Shown here one piece after another: positions 18,807 through 28,589 of a DNA stretch of 64,000 nucleotides. The stretch's first letter is position 1; each line of letters opens with the position of its first letter. The notes below the pieces were generated by a model, which ran no database searches, was not told the origin of the DNA, and saw only the letters and a list, made by a program, of their open reading frames with translations. A program made the translations under genes and the position numbers. This DNA is from a bacterium (GTDB lineage: Bacteria; Patescibacteriota; Andersenbacteria; UBA10190; CAIZMI01): the NCBI GenBank assembly GCA_030647555.1, contig JAUSJG010000008.1, positions 129,467-193,466 of the forward strand. The letters are read 5' to 3'.

Positions 18807-19845
18807 CCTACTGAATCGACGTCTCCGCCAAGAGTTAGTTTGCTCACTTCACTCACCTCAAATAAATCAATCGTACCGAAGCCGGTTGGTTTAATCACGA
18901 GGAACAACCAAAAAATTGCGTTTAGTAGGAAGAAGGCACGGCCACTTTTTGCGAACTATTCTTTTGTTCGCCTGCCGTTATTGCCACTTTCAAACGACGT
19001 AATCATTGGTTTTGAGTGATGACGGGTTCCGTTCCGTCAGACCTTTTGACAATTTTCCCTTGAATGTTCGACATGATTAATGAATGATGATTTATGATTC
19101 ATGAAGTCGAATATTGAAGGGAAGGCGTGAAAAATTTCGCGCTTGAATATCCGTTCCCCTCCTTCGTTAGATCCTTTGTGATGTAGCGAAAGAGGGGAAT
19201 AAGAGTGGACTGATTACATTAGCAACATCGGCAGTGCCGAAGACCAGATAATGCAACCCAAGATCGTTGGGTTCGCTGAAAGGTCGTTGCTAACAAAATC
19301 AGCAAACAAGTTTCTTGTTTGACGATCACCACTTGAGGTTCCCGCCGTTGATTATTTCAACGGTTTCCCTCAAATTTTCGAAACAAACCAATCGGTGACC
19401 GACCCTGGCCTGCCCCGCGTAGCTTTAGCGAAGTGTGGGCGTGCAGGGACGGTCCCCGAGCTTGGAAAATTTGAGGGGAAATCCTATGGCGTAAGGGTGT
19501 GTGCCGGTTTCCGACGGGCTGTGTCCGTGAGAGAAACCGAACCCATGCGTCATTCAGCTAGGGGCAGAAAATGGCCCATCGCTTCACACCGGCCACTACC
19601 GAGTGGACCGAAAAGCAGATCATAACTCTTTGATCTGTGTGTGGGGTGAGCGCTGAAAATTTCCACTGACGAGTGGGGAGAAAGTTGGCTGGTTTGTTTG
19701 GATGGGCGAGCCCTAACTCGCGCCATTTCAACCAGTCGACATCCGGAAGTTAGGGTCCGGAAAGCAGTGATGTAAGAGGTCATTACATGCACACAATTCC
19801 GCGGTCGGCAACGAGGGACGTCCTTGTTGTCGACCGCTTTCCTTC
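18807..19845 (+). ncRNA. Candidate large (~1 kb) structured non-coding RNA, class unassigned
   Basis: Starts just after the consensus promoter; near-continuous nested helices with plus-strand G-U pairs; no credible ORF; ends in a long stem plus pyrimidine run. Confidence 0.7.
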
Positions 19846-19874
19846 TTAAATTATATTTATATGGTTTTATAAGA

Positions 19875-19898
19875 GGGCAATTCATGAATTGCCCCTAC
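19875..19898. repeat. REP (GGGCAATTCATGAATTGCCCCTAC)
   Basis: Second copy at 21455-21478; reads GTAGGGGC... on the minus strand. Confidence 0.85.
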
Positions 19899-20119
19899 AC
19901 GAAACTACAAATAATATAATTTAAGAAGGGAAGTGTCGTACGAGAAGAGAAATTAGTTTTCTCTTCCGTTGGTCATCAATTCCGTTTTATTTTTAGAAAA
20001 CAGAAGAATTTGTTTCTTCTCGCTTTATGTCCGGCGTTAATGGACTGTTCTTTTGGAGCTCCTCTATAATATCTGGCTCAAACCTCTTAAGGCCGGAGAA
20101 TAAATGAGGAAATTTATAT

Positions 20120-20464
20120 ATGCGAAGTTGGCAAGTATGGATATACGCTAACGATTGGCGACTGCTGGGTTTAGTCGAAGCAGAGAGCAAAGAAGAAGCC
20201 GCGAAAAAGCTCGGTTTTGACCGAGTTCTGCCAGGTGGGCGTCTCTTCAACTCCAATTTTTGCTTTGCACACAAATACCAGCTGAATCCGAAAAAGTGGT
20301 GTCATGACTGGCTTTCTCAGGTTCAAGTGTTTTTGAAGGATCCGCCAACAAGACTCTTGGACGACGAGAGTTTGCATGAAATGTTGGCTGGAGAATTCGA
20401 ATGGATATACGCATTTGGACGTGAAAGTGCAGGTATGCAACCACTCAATTCGGATAAGTGGTAG
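20120..20464 (+). CDS. Hypothetical protein
   Basis: GAGGA SD; protein-like composition. Confidence 0.65.
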   Translation: MRSWQVWIYANDWRLLGLVEAESKEEAAKKLGFDRVLPGGRLFNSNFCFAHKYQLNPKKWCHDWLSQVQVFLKDPPTRLLDDESLHEMLAGEFEWIYAFGRESAGMQPLNSDKW

Positions 20465-20815
20465 CTCGCCAATCATAATAGCGCTGGAGTTTGCGGAACA
20501 AAAGCAAACTATGCTTTGTCGGAAGAGGCAAATCTTGGCAAAGCATTCCCCGAGTAACAGCGCGAATAAAATCAAGGGGAAGTTAAGCAGTCGCTCAACT
20601 GCTTATGCGCGAATAGAAGAAGGCGCATAAAAAGGAATGAGCAAAGTGTTACACAACGGGCTGAGTCTTGTTTCACAAGTTTCGGCCCAAATTCATTTCA
20701 ATCTTTGGGAATATTTTTATCAGTGACCGACCCAGGCGTACTGGGACGGTCACTGATAAATACTATTAAAGATTGGTGTGAATTTACCAGTTTCGAAAAC
20801 CAAAGGGAGATTGTC

Positions 20816-21064
20816 ATGAATATGAATTGCTTCGCCCGGTTTTTCCTGGGCACCCCGCGGCGTTTTCTGGCCAGTGCGATTTTCGCCGTCATTGGGATGG
20901 TGATTGTCCACTTTCAACCGGGGTTGGTGTATCGGTCCGCCGATCGACTGGCGTGCGAGTGCATGCCGGTGATCAAGGCCGTCCTGACCTGCGTCATCGT
21001 CTTAGCCGGCTTTCGGATGATTGTCGCTGGCGGACGTGGTCGCGTCGGAGGCGGACGGCACTGA
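20816..21064 (+). CDS. Small 2-TM hypothetical protein
   Basis: AGGGAG SD; upstream hairpin ~20716-20757; terminator-like GACGGACAAC/GTTGTCCGTC plus Ts downstream. Confidence 0.65.
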   Translation: MNMNCFARFFLGTPRRFLASAIFAVIGMVIVHFQPGLVYRSADRLACECMPVIKAVLTCVIVLAGFRMIVAGGRGRVGGGRH

Positions 21065-21146
21065 CCACCGGGCCGGCGGGGCCAGTTCAAACCTATTGCG
21101 ACGGACAACCATAGTTGTCCGTCCTTTTAATTTTGCATAACTATTT

Positions 21147-21412
21147 TTATATCTCTACGCCCAATTTTTCTTTTATTACTTCTTTGATGCGATAAATATC
21201 GGCTATGATCATTTTTTGTTCTGTTCTTTACATCACCAAAATTTTATAAAACCATCGATTGTGTTCGTTAAATTTCCGAGAATGTTGTCTATGTTCGATA
21301 ACTGCTTTTCAATATTATCTATTCCGGCCGATAAATCATATTTTACTTCCTGAATTTCGTCAGATAGTTTCTGGAATTTTTTATTGAGAAAATAAATGAG
21401 TTTCGCATCCAT
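21147..21412 (-). pseudogene. Frameshifted small coiled-coil protein
   Basis: MDAKLI...IDGFIKFW* continues in another frame as EQKMIIADIYRIKEVIKEKLGVEI*. Confidence 0.55.
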
Positions 21413-21461
21413 ATCAATCATTATACGCTTGATAGTCCAAGTCGTAATTATTTGGGGCAAT

Positions 21462-22556
21462 TCATGAATTGCCCCTACGCAACTCGCAAATTTCGGAAAA
21501 TTTGTCCATGTACTGTTGTGCGATTTTGGGCCATGCGAAGTTTTGCATCGTGAACTCTCTGGCTTTTTTGCCAAATTCTTTTCTTACGTTTTCGTTTTGC
21601 AGAAGCGAATTGATTTTATCGGCAAAGGCATCTGCGTTTTCCGATTCGACAAGAATGCCGTTTTGGTCGTCAATAACCGCATCGGTGATTCCTTCGAGTT
21701 TTGCGGCGATTATTGGTAACTTACAGCTCGCCGCTTCCACTGCGACCAACCCAAAACCCTCGGCGTCATTTTTCACTTCAATGTTGGGCATAATGAAAAG
21801 ATCAGCAGTGTTGTAGAGCAATTTAACTTTTTCTCTTGGTACATCGTGGAGAAAAATTACCTTGTTCTGCTGGTTTGTTTTTTTAATTGCCTGATCAATT
21901 TTTTCTTTTTCTGGACCATTGCCAATGACAACATAAATAATATTTTCGGGTAGTTTGGGTAAAACATTTGTGATGAACCATTCAACACCTTTTCTTTTTA
22001 TCAAGCGACCAACTGTCAATAGTATTCTTTTATTGGTAATTTTGGAACCCAAATATTTTTCCAGATCATCGTGTTTGATGCTTGGTTCATAAAAAACATC
22101 CTTAATTCCCGGGGTTATTACAACGGTGTTGTTTCCGGGAAATTTTTCATTGACCAAACTGGCTACGTAATTACTGATACAAATATAGAGATCGGTACCC
22201 GAAAAAAACTTTTTTAAATACCATTGGTAAATTTTCGATGGATATAAAATATCTAAACCGTGTACTTCTACCGCAACAGGTTTTCTTGTTACTTTTTTTA
22301 TCATCCAACCAATTAAACAAAGCACTGGGTCGCCAATGTGGACTACGTCATAATTTTTTGCAGTGAAAAGTCCCTGAATAGTCGCGGTCACGAAAAAAAT
22401 AGGAAGAAACTTTTTTCCGTATCGATTAGTGATAACCTTTGTTCTTGTTAGTTTTCCAACTTCCGTTGTGATGTCGTAACTTAATTGTTCCATTCCGCCA
22501 CGGATGGGCGGATAGGTGCGCGTGATAAATAGAATAGACGGCGCGTTATTCATCAT
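21462..22556 (-). CDS. GT4 glycosyltransferase (PimB-like)
   Basis: YPPIRGGME, VGRLIKRKG, EGFGLVAVEA. Confidence 0.95.
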   Translation of the reverse strand: MMNNAPSILFITRTYPPIRGGMEQLSYDITTEVGKLTRTKVITNRYGKKFLPIFFVTATIQGLFTAKNYDVVHIGDPVLCLIGWMIKKVTRKPVAVEVHGLDILYPSKIYQWYLKKFFSGTDLYICISNYVASLVNEKFPGNNTVVITPGIKDVFYEPSIKHDDLEKYLGSKITNKRILLTVGRLIKRKGVEWFITNVLPKLPENIIYVVIGNGPEKEKIDQAIKKTNQQNKVIFLHDVPREKVKLLYNTADLFIMPNIEVKNDAEGFGLVAVEAASCKLPIIAAKLEGITDAVIDDQNGILVESENADAFADKINSLLQNENVRKEFGKKAREFTMQNFAWPKIAQQYMDKFSEICELRRGNS

Positions 22557-22563
22557 TCGTCAA

Positions 22564-23547
22564 TCATTCTTCATTATTCTTTTTATATGTTTCTTTGCGA
22601 GCGTGGTAAAGCAGTTCTTCAATTAGAATGCGTTGACGGCGTAGCATATCAGCCAAGAGCGCGATAGTCATCAAAAAAGTTCCCAACAAAATAAAGACGG
22701 CGGAAACAGTTACCAATGAACGGTAGGGAAAAGTTTGGCCTGTTTGAAGCCAATGAATCAAAAGAAAAAGTCCGATAAGAAAACCCGTACCACCGGTTAG
22801 TGTAGCCAATACACCAAAAACCTGAAACGGGCTGGAGTCGCGCAGTGTGCGAAAAAAAATGGCGAGCCAGCGAACACCATAAATGAAAATGTTTTTAGCA
22901 ACCCGCGATTTGCCGACGGCGCGTTCGCCGCGCACTTCCAAACGAATTTCTTGAATGCGTAGTCCCTTTAGAACCGCGTCCAGAATTACTTCGTGGGTGT
23001 ATGTAAAACTGCTGAAAAGCGTAAGGCGTAAAGCCGCTTCACGACTGTATGAACGATAACCGCAGGAGACGTCGGTGAAATTTCGATCGACGGCGCGGTT
23101 AACGATGTATCGCACAATTCGGTTACCGATTTTTTTTAGCATTGGCATTTTTGGATATCTTTTTGGATCGGAAAAACGGGTGCAGGTGACAATGTCGGAT
23201 GCGCCGCTCAAGATTGGCGCGATTAGTTGCGGAATGTCGCCGGGATTGAATTGGCCGTCGCTATCGATGTGGACAATAATGTCGGCTTGCCTACGAAGCG
23301 CTTCTTGAATGCCGGTACGGAAAGCGGCGCCCACACCGCGGTTTTGGCCGTGAGAAACAACTGTCGCACCGAGTGAGCGTGATTTTGAAGCAGTGTCATC
23401 GGTTGATCCGTCATCAATCACGATAATTTCTTGTTCGTTAAAGCCGGCGATTGCTTTGGGAATTCCGTTGATGACTTGGGAAATCGTTGCCGTCTCGTTC
23501 AGGGCGGGAATAATGACGCAGAGCTTTTTTTGTTGGGTGGATAGCAT
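22564..23547 (-). CDS. GT2 glycosyltransferase (DPM1-like, C-terminal TMs)
   Basis: IPALNE, DDGSTD, DSDGQ. Confidence 0.95.
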   Translation of the reverse strand: MLSTQQKKLCVIIPALNETATISQVINGIPKAIAGFNEQEIIVIDDGSTDDTASKSRSLGATVVSHGQNRGVGAAFRTGIQEALRRQADIIVHIDSDGQFNPGDIPQLIAPILSGASDIVTCTRFSDPKRYPKMPMLKKIGNRIVRYIVNRAVDRNFTDVSCGYRSYSREAALRLTLFSSFTYTHEVILDAVLKGLRIQEIRLEVRGERAVGKSRVAKNIFIYGVRWLAIFFRTLRDSSPFQVFGVLATLTGGTGFLIGLFLLIHWLQTGQTFPYRSLVTVSAVFILLGTFLMTIALLADMLRRQRILIEELLYHARKETYKKNNEE

Positions 23548-23606
23548 GTGTATTAACTGAAAATTATATTATTAAAATGGATTAATGTCAATAGTAGCGT
23601 AGCTGG

Positions 23607-24371
23607 TTATTCTTGGATATTCGTTGTCAGTGCGCGAATAGAAAAACGGGAAAAAATATAAAAGAAACCAACGATGACAATTATGCCGGCGATTCGCGGT
23701 TCTTTTAAATAAATAAATACCTGATAAGCGGTGTGGAGAAGAATGGCAACGGCAAGGCCCTCCATGATTTCCGGATTTTTCCATGAAGTTTTAAGTTCCC
23801 ATTTTTCAATTCTTCCGTCTTCCAGCGCGCGTTTGTAAATGTTGCCAAAAGCGAAGCCGACAATTCCGGCGCTAACACCAAGCAATACCGATTTAAAGAT
23901 AAGACTGAAAATCAGAAAGGGGATGCTTTCTTTGGGTTCATTGGTTGTAGAAAAATAATTGATGCAAAAAAGTATGTTTTCTGTTAATCCGGCACCAAGT
24001 GCGATAATTGAAAAATAAACGATTCCATCTACAACCTGTGAAAACGAGCGTTCTTTGGCAACCAGTTTTCTGGCCAATACAAGTGTGATATAGGTGTGCG
24101 TTACCGCCACGAATGCACTGGCGATAAAAAATGAGGCTAAGCTATCTTTTTCAGAAAGGGCGTTGAATGGCAGAAATGTGCCGGACGTCACAAAAATAAC
24201 CTGGAATAACATGAGTGCTCCGGCGATAAAAAACCCCATCAGCATACCGGATAGAAACAGTTTTGCGGTTAATAATTTTGGTTCCGGTTCTCCGCGATCC
24301 CACCAATAACAAACAGCGATCCAGCAGATTGGTGGCAAAATAGTTGCCAGAAGTACTAGTATGACCTCCAT
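23607..24371 (-). CDS. PrsW-family intramembrane protease homologue (degenerate)
   Basis: WWDRGEPEP, DGIVY...LGAGLTEN, AILLH. Confidence 0.8.
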   Translation of the reverse strand: MEVILVLLATILPPICWIAVCYWWDRGEPEPKLLTAKLFLSGMLMGFFIAGALMLFQVIFVTSGTFLPFNALSEKDSLASFFIASAFVAVTHTYITLVLARKLVAKERSFSQVVDGIVYFSIIALGAGLTENILFCINYFSTTNEPKESIPFLIFSLIFKSVLLGVSAGIVGFAFGNIYKRALEDGRIEKWELKTSWKNPEIMEGLAVAILLHTAYQVFIYLKEPRIAGIIVIVGFFYIFSRFSIRALTTNIQE

Positions 24372-24441
24372 AGTGATATTATAGGACGAAATTCGGGTCT
24401 TGGCTTGTTGTTGAGGTTTTTAATTGCTATAATTTCAACAC

Positions 24442-25836
24442 GTGAAAACAATGGTGGGGAAAAAATGTGTTCTGTTAACGGCAGTGGTTGTCGCAAGTTT
24501 TTTTGTGGCGATAATTCGTTCGGCAGATGCGGCGACGGTGCTTTCATTAGCAGAAATATCGTCTGAATTTCATACTGTTTATGGTCGCAATCCAACTAAT
24601 GCTGAGTTGGATTATTGGAAATCACGGCGCGCGGATAAGAAAACAGCGGTGGCGATGTTGGGCGCAATGTATTCGGCCAAAGCGGAAGTAGCCAATATTG
24701 GTACTGGTACCGTAACGGCAACAGGAAAAGATTTGGCGAAGTATGTTTCTCGGGCCTTTCAAGAGGTTTACGGGCGCCTGCCAAAACCAGCGGAAAAAGC
24801 GTGGTGGGCAACGCGCGCGGTTTGTGGCGGTTTCAAAAAATATTCGGACATGATTGGTTCAATGAAGTTTCATAAAGCAAGTAAAGTGACGATGGGAGCC
24901 GGTGGTAAGGAACAGTTTTGTGCACCAAAGTCTACCTCCGAAACCGTTGGTTTGAATAGTAATTTGGGAATAAGTGGTAATAAGTCCGGGCCGTTCGTGC
25001 GAATTGGCGTTTATTTGGCGCCAAAATATGTCACTATCGGCTCATCAAATAAGTTTACTTTTCAATATAGTGGTGGAAAGAAAGTTTTTGCGTCCGGAGA
25101 AACCGTGAAGGTTGTGCTAAGCGGTGGTGATTATATCGTTACTGGTCCGAAGGGGTTCAAGAAGGCTTTGGATAATTCCCCAAAATTTGCTCCGAGTAGC
25201 GGAACAATAATGGAAGTGGTTAATTATATTGATAAGGGTGCTTCGGGTACTAACTACAATAAATTCCGCGGAAATATTATTGTGCAACGCGATAGTGCGG
25301 GGAAAGGTCTTTGGGCGATCAATGAATTAAGAACAGAGGATTATGTCAAAGGCTTGGCGGAAACATCGGACAATGCGCCAATTGCTTTTCAAAAAGCCCT
25401 GGCGGTTGCAGCGCGCACCTATGTTTTGAATCACACAACGTTGGGTGGTCGGCAACCACATAATGGTTTTGATATAACTAATACGCCAAATGATCAGTGG
25501 TATCGCGGGTATAACAATGAAAAAAATACACCGGAATTTTCCAGTTCGGTAGTGGCAACGGCCGGGCAAGTTCTTAGTTATAACGGAAAATTAATTCCCG
25601 CATTATATTTTTCCGGAAGTGATGGACGCACTCGTAGTGCGCAAGAAGTCTGGCATTCTTCAAAGTTTCCCTATTTGCAAAGCAAACCGGATCCGTATGG
25701 CGGTAAAACCTTGCGCGGGCATGGAGTGGGGATGAGCGGGGACGGCGCGGTTAATTATGCCCGCAAAGAAAACTGGGACTACAGAAAAATCCTGCATTAT
25801 TATTACACCGACGTAAAACTCGAAAGAGGATATTAA
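24442..25836 (+). CDS. Secreted SpoIID/LytB-domain protein
   Basis: INEL..EDYVKGLAE, KALAVAARTY, DQWYRG, GHGVGMS..GA...ILHYYY. Confidence 0.92.
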   Translation: MKTMVGKKCVLLTAVVVASFFVAIIRSADAATVLSLAEISSEFHTVYGRNPTNAELDYWKSRRADKKTAVAMLGAMYSAKAEVANIGTGTVTATGKDLAKYVSRAFQEVYGRLPKPAEKAWWATRAVCGGFKKYSDMIGSMKFHKASKVTMGAGGKEQFCAPKSTSETVGLNSNLGISGNKSGPFVRIGVYLAPKYVTIGSSNKFTFQYSGGKKVFASGETVKVVLSGGDYIVTGPKGFKKALDNSPKFAPSSGTIMEVVNYIDKGASGTNYNKFRGNIIVQRDSAGKGLWAINELRTEDYVKGLAETSDNAPIAFQKALAVAARTYVLNHTTLGGRQPHNGFDITNTPNDQWYRGYNNEKNTPEFSSSVVATAGQVLSYNGKLIPALYFSGSDGRTRSAQEVWHSSKFPYLQSKPDPYGGKTLRGHGVGMSGDGAVNYARKENWDYRKILHYYYTDVKLERGY

Positions 25837-26001
25837 GAATGGGAACAGGCTATCAGGCCGCCCATTTGGGCGAGCCTCGCCCCGATGGGCGGGGGACAGG
25901 GTAAAGGCGAATATAAATAAAAAAAACCCGGCGCGGTTGCGACGGGGGATATGGGTGTTTGTAAATTTGAGAAATATGTCAATATCCTATACCATACTAA
26001 A

Positions 26002-27153
26002 ATGCAGGTGTTACAAAATCGACGCGTGCTTCTGCTTACAGAAGAATATCCTCCGGCTACCGGTGGAATACAAAATTATCTCTCGCAATTGATGGCGCAG
26101 CTTTCGCCTGCGCATACTTTTGTAATTACCCAAAAACGGGCTGATTCAGATGTTTGGGATCGGGAGCAAAAATATAAGATAGTGCGGGTTAATATGCACG
26201 GATTTTTCTGGCCTCGTTGGCAACCGGCATACAAAGCTTTAGAGAAGGCAGTGAAGGAATTTCAACCGGAAATAATTGTTTGCGGGAAAGCGCTATTTGA
26301 AGGACGAGCGGCGTTAAAAATTTGGAAAAAATATCAGATTCCTTATGTTGTTATGACATATGGAATGGAAGTGAATACATGGTTGGAGGGTGGGAAGACA
26401 CGTCGTGATTTAAAAAATGTTTTAACAAATGCCACGCGTATTATAGTTATTAATGATCTGATCAAAAAGACGCTGATAAAATTTTTGGGGTCGGAAAAGG
26501 AAAATAAAATTGTAAAAATTTATCCCGGTGTGGGCGCGATGTTTATTGAAGAACTGAAGAAAATTAATCATTCCGATGCAAAAATAATTATTACCGTCTG
26601 TCGCTTGGTATCAAGAAAAGGCGTAGATGTTGTGATTCGGGCATTGCCGGAAGTGCTGAAAATTTTTCCACAAACAACTTATCAGATAATTGGCGATGGT
26701 CCAGAAAGGTCAAAACTCGAAGATCTTGTAGGTAAGCTCGGATTAAAAAAACAAGTAAATTTTTTGGGAAAAGTTACTGATAGTGAATTGTGGAAATCAT
26801 TAAATGATGCTGATCTTTTTGTGCTTACACCGCGTGACGAGGCCGGCAATTTTGAAGGTTTTGGTATCGTATACCTTGAAGCCGCAGCGGCGGGGACGTG
26901 CGCTGTTGCAAGTCGCTCTGGTGGTGTGCCGGAGGCTGTTTTAGATGGTGTCACAGGTTTGCTTTGTGAACCTGATAATCCAAAAGACACAGCAGACAAA
27001 ATAATTAAACTATTAAAAAATGACGAATTGCGAGAAAAGCTTAATGAGAATGCCCACAAAAGAGTCGTGGACGATTTCACATGGGAAAAACGCGCAGTGC
27101 TTTTTCGTGGTGTGGTGGAATCAGTGGTAACATCTAATAGGTTAAGGCAATGA
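26002..27153 (+). CDS. GT4 glycosyltransferase (PimB-like)
   Basis: YPPATGGIQ, RLVSRKG, EGFGIVYLEA. Confidence 0.95.
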   Translation: MQVLQNRRVLLLTEEYPPATGGIQNYLSQLMAQLSPAHTFVITQKRADSDVWDREQKYKIVRVNMHGFFWPRWQPAYKALEKAVKEFQPEIIVCGKALFEGRAALKIWKKYQIPYVVMTYGMEVNTWLEGGKTRRDLKNVLTNATRIIVINDLIKKTLIKFLGSEKENKIVKIYPGVGAMFIEELKKINHSDAKIIITVCRLVSRKGVDVVIRALPEVLKIFPQTTYQIIGDGPERSKLEDLVGKLGLKKQVNFLGKVTDSELWKSLNDADLFVLTPRDEAGNFEGFGIVYLEAAAAGTCAVASRSGGVPEAVLDGVTGLLCEPDNPKDTADKIIKLLKNDELREKLNENAHKRVVDDFTWEKRAVLFRGVVESVVTSNRLRQ

Positions 27154-28589
27154 GTGAACTCCGCACGACGCAAATCTGGGGCAGCTTGACCAAGGTTGTG
27201 ACTTTAACACTGGGTGTTTTGCAGACTGTAATTATTTTGCATATTTTATCGCCGGCGCAGTATGGAATTATCGGAATTGTTACTGCCTTAGCGAGTCTTG
27301 TTGGTGTCAGCCAAAATGTTGGTGTAACCGACGCGACAATTCGGGAAATTGCCATGACAGATGATGTGAAACACCGTGCGCACATTTTTTGGGTTTCACT
27401 TTGGTTTAGAATGTTGTTCACTTTGCCAATTTCATTTGTGTTGGCATTGTTTGCAGGCTTGATAAGTACGTATGTCTATAAATTGCCTGATATGCAAACA
27501 CTCATCTATATAATGAGCGTGGTTTTGGTTTTGCAGGGGATTCAAGGCGTGCTCGGTGGTGTTTTCTCCGGATTGCGCGTTTTTGGTTTGCTTTATGTGT
27601 TTCAAATGATTACCGCTGTTCTTAACATTATTATTTTTGCCACGCTGACTTATTTGTATGGCGTGACTGGATTTTTTATGGCGATGGTGCTATCGACAAT
27701 CATCTTTATATTAATGTTGGCTTTTTATCTTCCGAAGGCGATTGGCGGACGGCTCGAACACCCGGGTAAAAACGATTTTATTATTGTTTGGAAAGATATT
27801 TTTCATACAGGATTTTGGACTTACTTGGCGCGGATTTTTTCCGTGGCATGGCAACAAGCGCCAATGCTCTTATTGGGAAAATGGACAACACCCGAAGTTG
27901 TTGGCTTATATAATGTGGCGTTGAGTTTTGGTTCGAAGCTGACTGTTTTGGCGGCCGCCATTGGTGAAGTGAATTTGGCATTCTTGAGTAATGCTTTTGC
28001 TAAAGGAAAAGAAAATTTCAAAGCATTGGCTGAAAAAACCTTGGACGAGGTAGGTGTGGTTTTATTATTAAGTGCTGGCGCGATGGCGTTGCTCTCTGAT
28101 TTGTTGTTAAAAATTTTTGCCGGGTCGGCTTACGCACCTGCCTTATCTGTTACTGTCTTGGTTAGTTGGGCCTACGCTTTTTTTGCTTTCTTGGATATTT
28201 CAACCAACACGGTTTTTGTGCCATCGCGTCGTTCCCAATTACGCACACTTTCATTTGGTGTGTTAATCGTTGTAACTTTGTTGACGATGTTTGCTTTGCG
28301 TCAAAATCCGCTTATAGCCGCCGGGTGGGGTGTGTTTGTCGGCAGTACTTCTGCGGTAATTCTTGCCACAATTCTTTCACGAAAGTATTGTGAAGTTTCG
28401 ATTGTGCCAAGTAAATTGATATTTGCGTTTATGTTTTCAATTATTCTTTTTGTGGGATCGCTTGTTTATCCGTCCTTGCTTCTTCGGGTGATAATGTTGA
28501 TTGTTGTGGGAGCGATTATTGTTTGGGTTACTCTAGGACACTTGATTATAGGAAGATACAGGAAAGAAAGGATAAAGAATGAAGCGTGA
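27150..28589 (+). CDS. Wzx/MOP-family flippase
   Basis: LSPAQYG, VGLYNVA; 12-14 TM. Confidence 0.88.
   Translation: MSELRTTQIWGSLTKVVTLTLGVLQTVIILHILSPAQYGIIGIVTALASLVGVSQNVGVTDATIREIAMTDDVKHRAHIFWVSLWFRMLFTLPISFVLALFAGLISTYVYKLPDMQTLIYIMSVVLVLQGIQGVLGGVFSGLRVFGLLYVFQMITAVLNIIIFATLTYLYGVTGFFMAMVLSTIIFILMLAFYLPKAIGGRLEHPGKNDFIIVWKDIFHTGFWTYLARIFSVAWQQAPMLLLGKWTTPEVVGLYNVALSFGSKLTVLAAAIGEVNLAFLSNAFAKGKENFKALAEKTLDEVGVVLLLSAGAMALLSDLLLKIFAGSAYAPALSVTVLVSWAYAFFAFLDISTNTVFVPSRRSQLRTLSFGVLIVVTLLTMFALRQNPLIAAGWGVFVGSTSAVILATILSRKYCEVSIVPSKLIFAFMFSIILFVGSLVYPSLLLRVIMLIVVGAIIVWVTLGHLIIGRYRKERIKNEA

Noticed and set aside
19640-19690. CTGACGA...GAAA as a second hammerhead
   Set aside because: No stem II between the core segments; CTGACGA overlaps a simple hairpin
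19700-19765. Pistol ribozyme (TTAGGG/CCCTAA pseudoknot)
   Set aside because: Order of elements is reversed and the AAATA linker and GCGT core are absent
18807-19845. Large RNA as rRNA, RNase P, tmRNA or group I/II intron
   Set aside because: No GAGGAAAGTCC, no tRNA-like ends, no domain V or P7 signatures seen; it has its own promoter and interrupts no gene
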